DNA of 61,487 nucleotides, filler included, from Sphacelaria rigidula (Eukaryota): NCBI GenBank assembly GCA_964200075.2. It is 6 parts of 6 records of this genome, joined end to end, with 100 filler letters (N's around TTAATTAATTAA, not from the genome) between each part and the next. Parts side by side here need not be neighbours in the genome. Positions count along the whole stretch, not along the records: positions 51,324 to 61,487 come from CAXNAA020007006.1; 5 more parts are not named here. One strand, 5' to 3'. Shown piece by piece: positions 61,323 to 61,487 of this stretch (position 1 is its first letter; each line of letters starts with the position of its first letter). The notes under the pieces were generated by a model. It saw only the letters and a program-made list of their open reading frames with translations, ran no database searches and was not told where the DNA came from. The position numbers and the translations under genes were made by a program.

Positions 61323-61487
61323 ATTCAGTTTGTTTTATTTCCCCCTCCGGGCGTGTGTCCTAGCGCATTATTTTCCGATAAAAAATGTGCGATGTGTTGT
61401 GTGTTGTGTGTTGTCGTCCCATTTATTCTGGGCACCAGTCTACACCTTTCGGTGTATGTGGGTGCATCACACGGGGTCACACAGGAG

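Overview
Eukaryotic, intron-rich, repeat-rich DNA, most likely from a brown alga (Phaeophyceae). The evidence is an EsV-1-7 repeat protein, short GT-AG exons in long introns and TTAGGG repeats. The window is not one locus. It is six contigs of 10,165/10,164 bp (1-10165, 10266-20430, 20531-30695, 30796-40959, 41060-51223, 51324-61487) joined by identical 100-nt N spacers carrying a six-frame stop linker, so nothing should be linked across spacers. Contig 1 holds the most unusual feature, a complete 6-exon gene for a predicted secreted 396-aa protein: signal peptide, RSL motif plus protamine-like poly-Arg block, Pro/Thr stalk, a C2-like domain with halves apparently in swapped order and split by an RxL-bounded acidic spacer, a second stalk, and a (PGNSGNA)n tail. 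It also has fold-back tRNA-like hairpins and telomere-repeat MITEs. Contig 2 has an orphan prolyl-tRNA synthetase exon and an Ala/Gly/Ser-rich helical-repeat gene. Contig 3 has 10 internal exons of a long coiled-coil protein. Contig 4 is a mosaic of decayed Gypsy-derived repeats and MITEs. Contig 5 has an intronless EsV-1-7 zinc-finger-like repeat array, LINE remnants and 42-bp period arrays. Contig 6 has a full-length but dead chromodomain-bearing Ty3/Gypsy element with 404-bp LTRs and a piggyBac-type MITE beside its RT active site. No CRISPR array, rRNA or intact tRNA was found. All calls were made by eye, without database searches.
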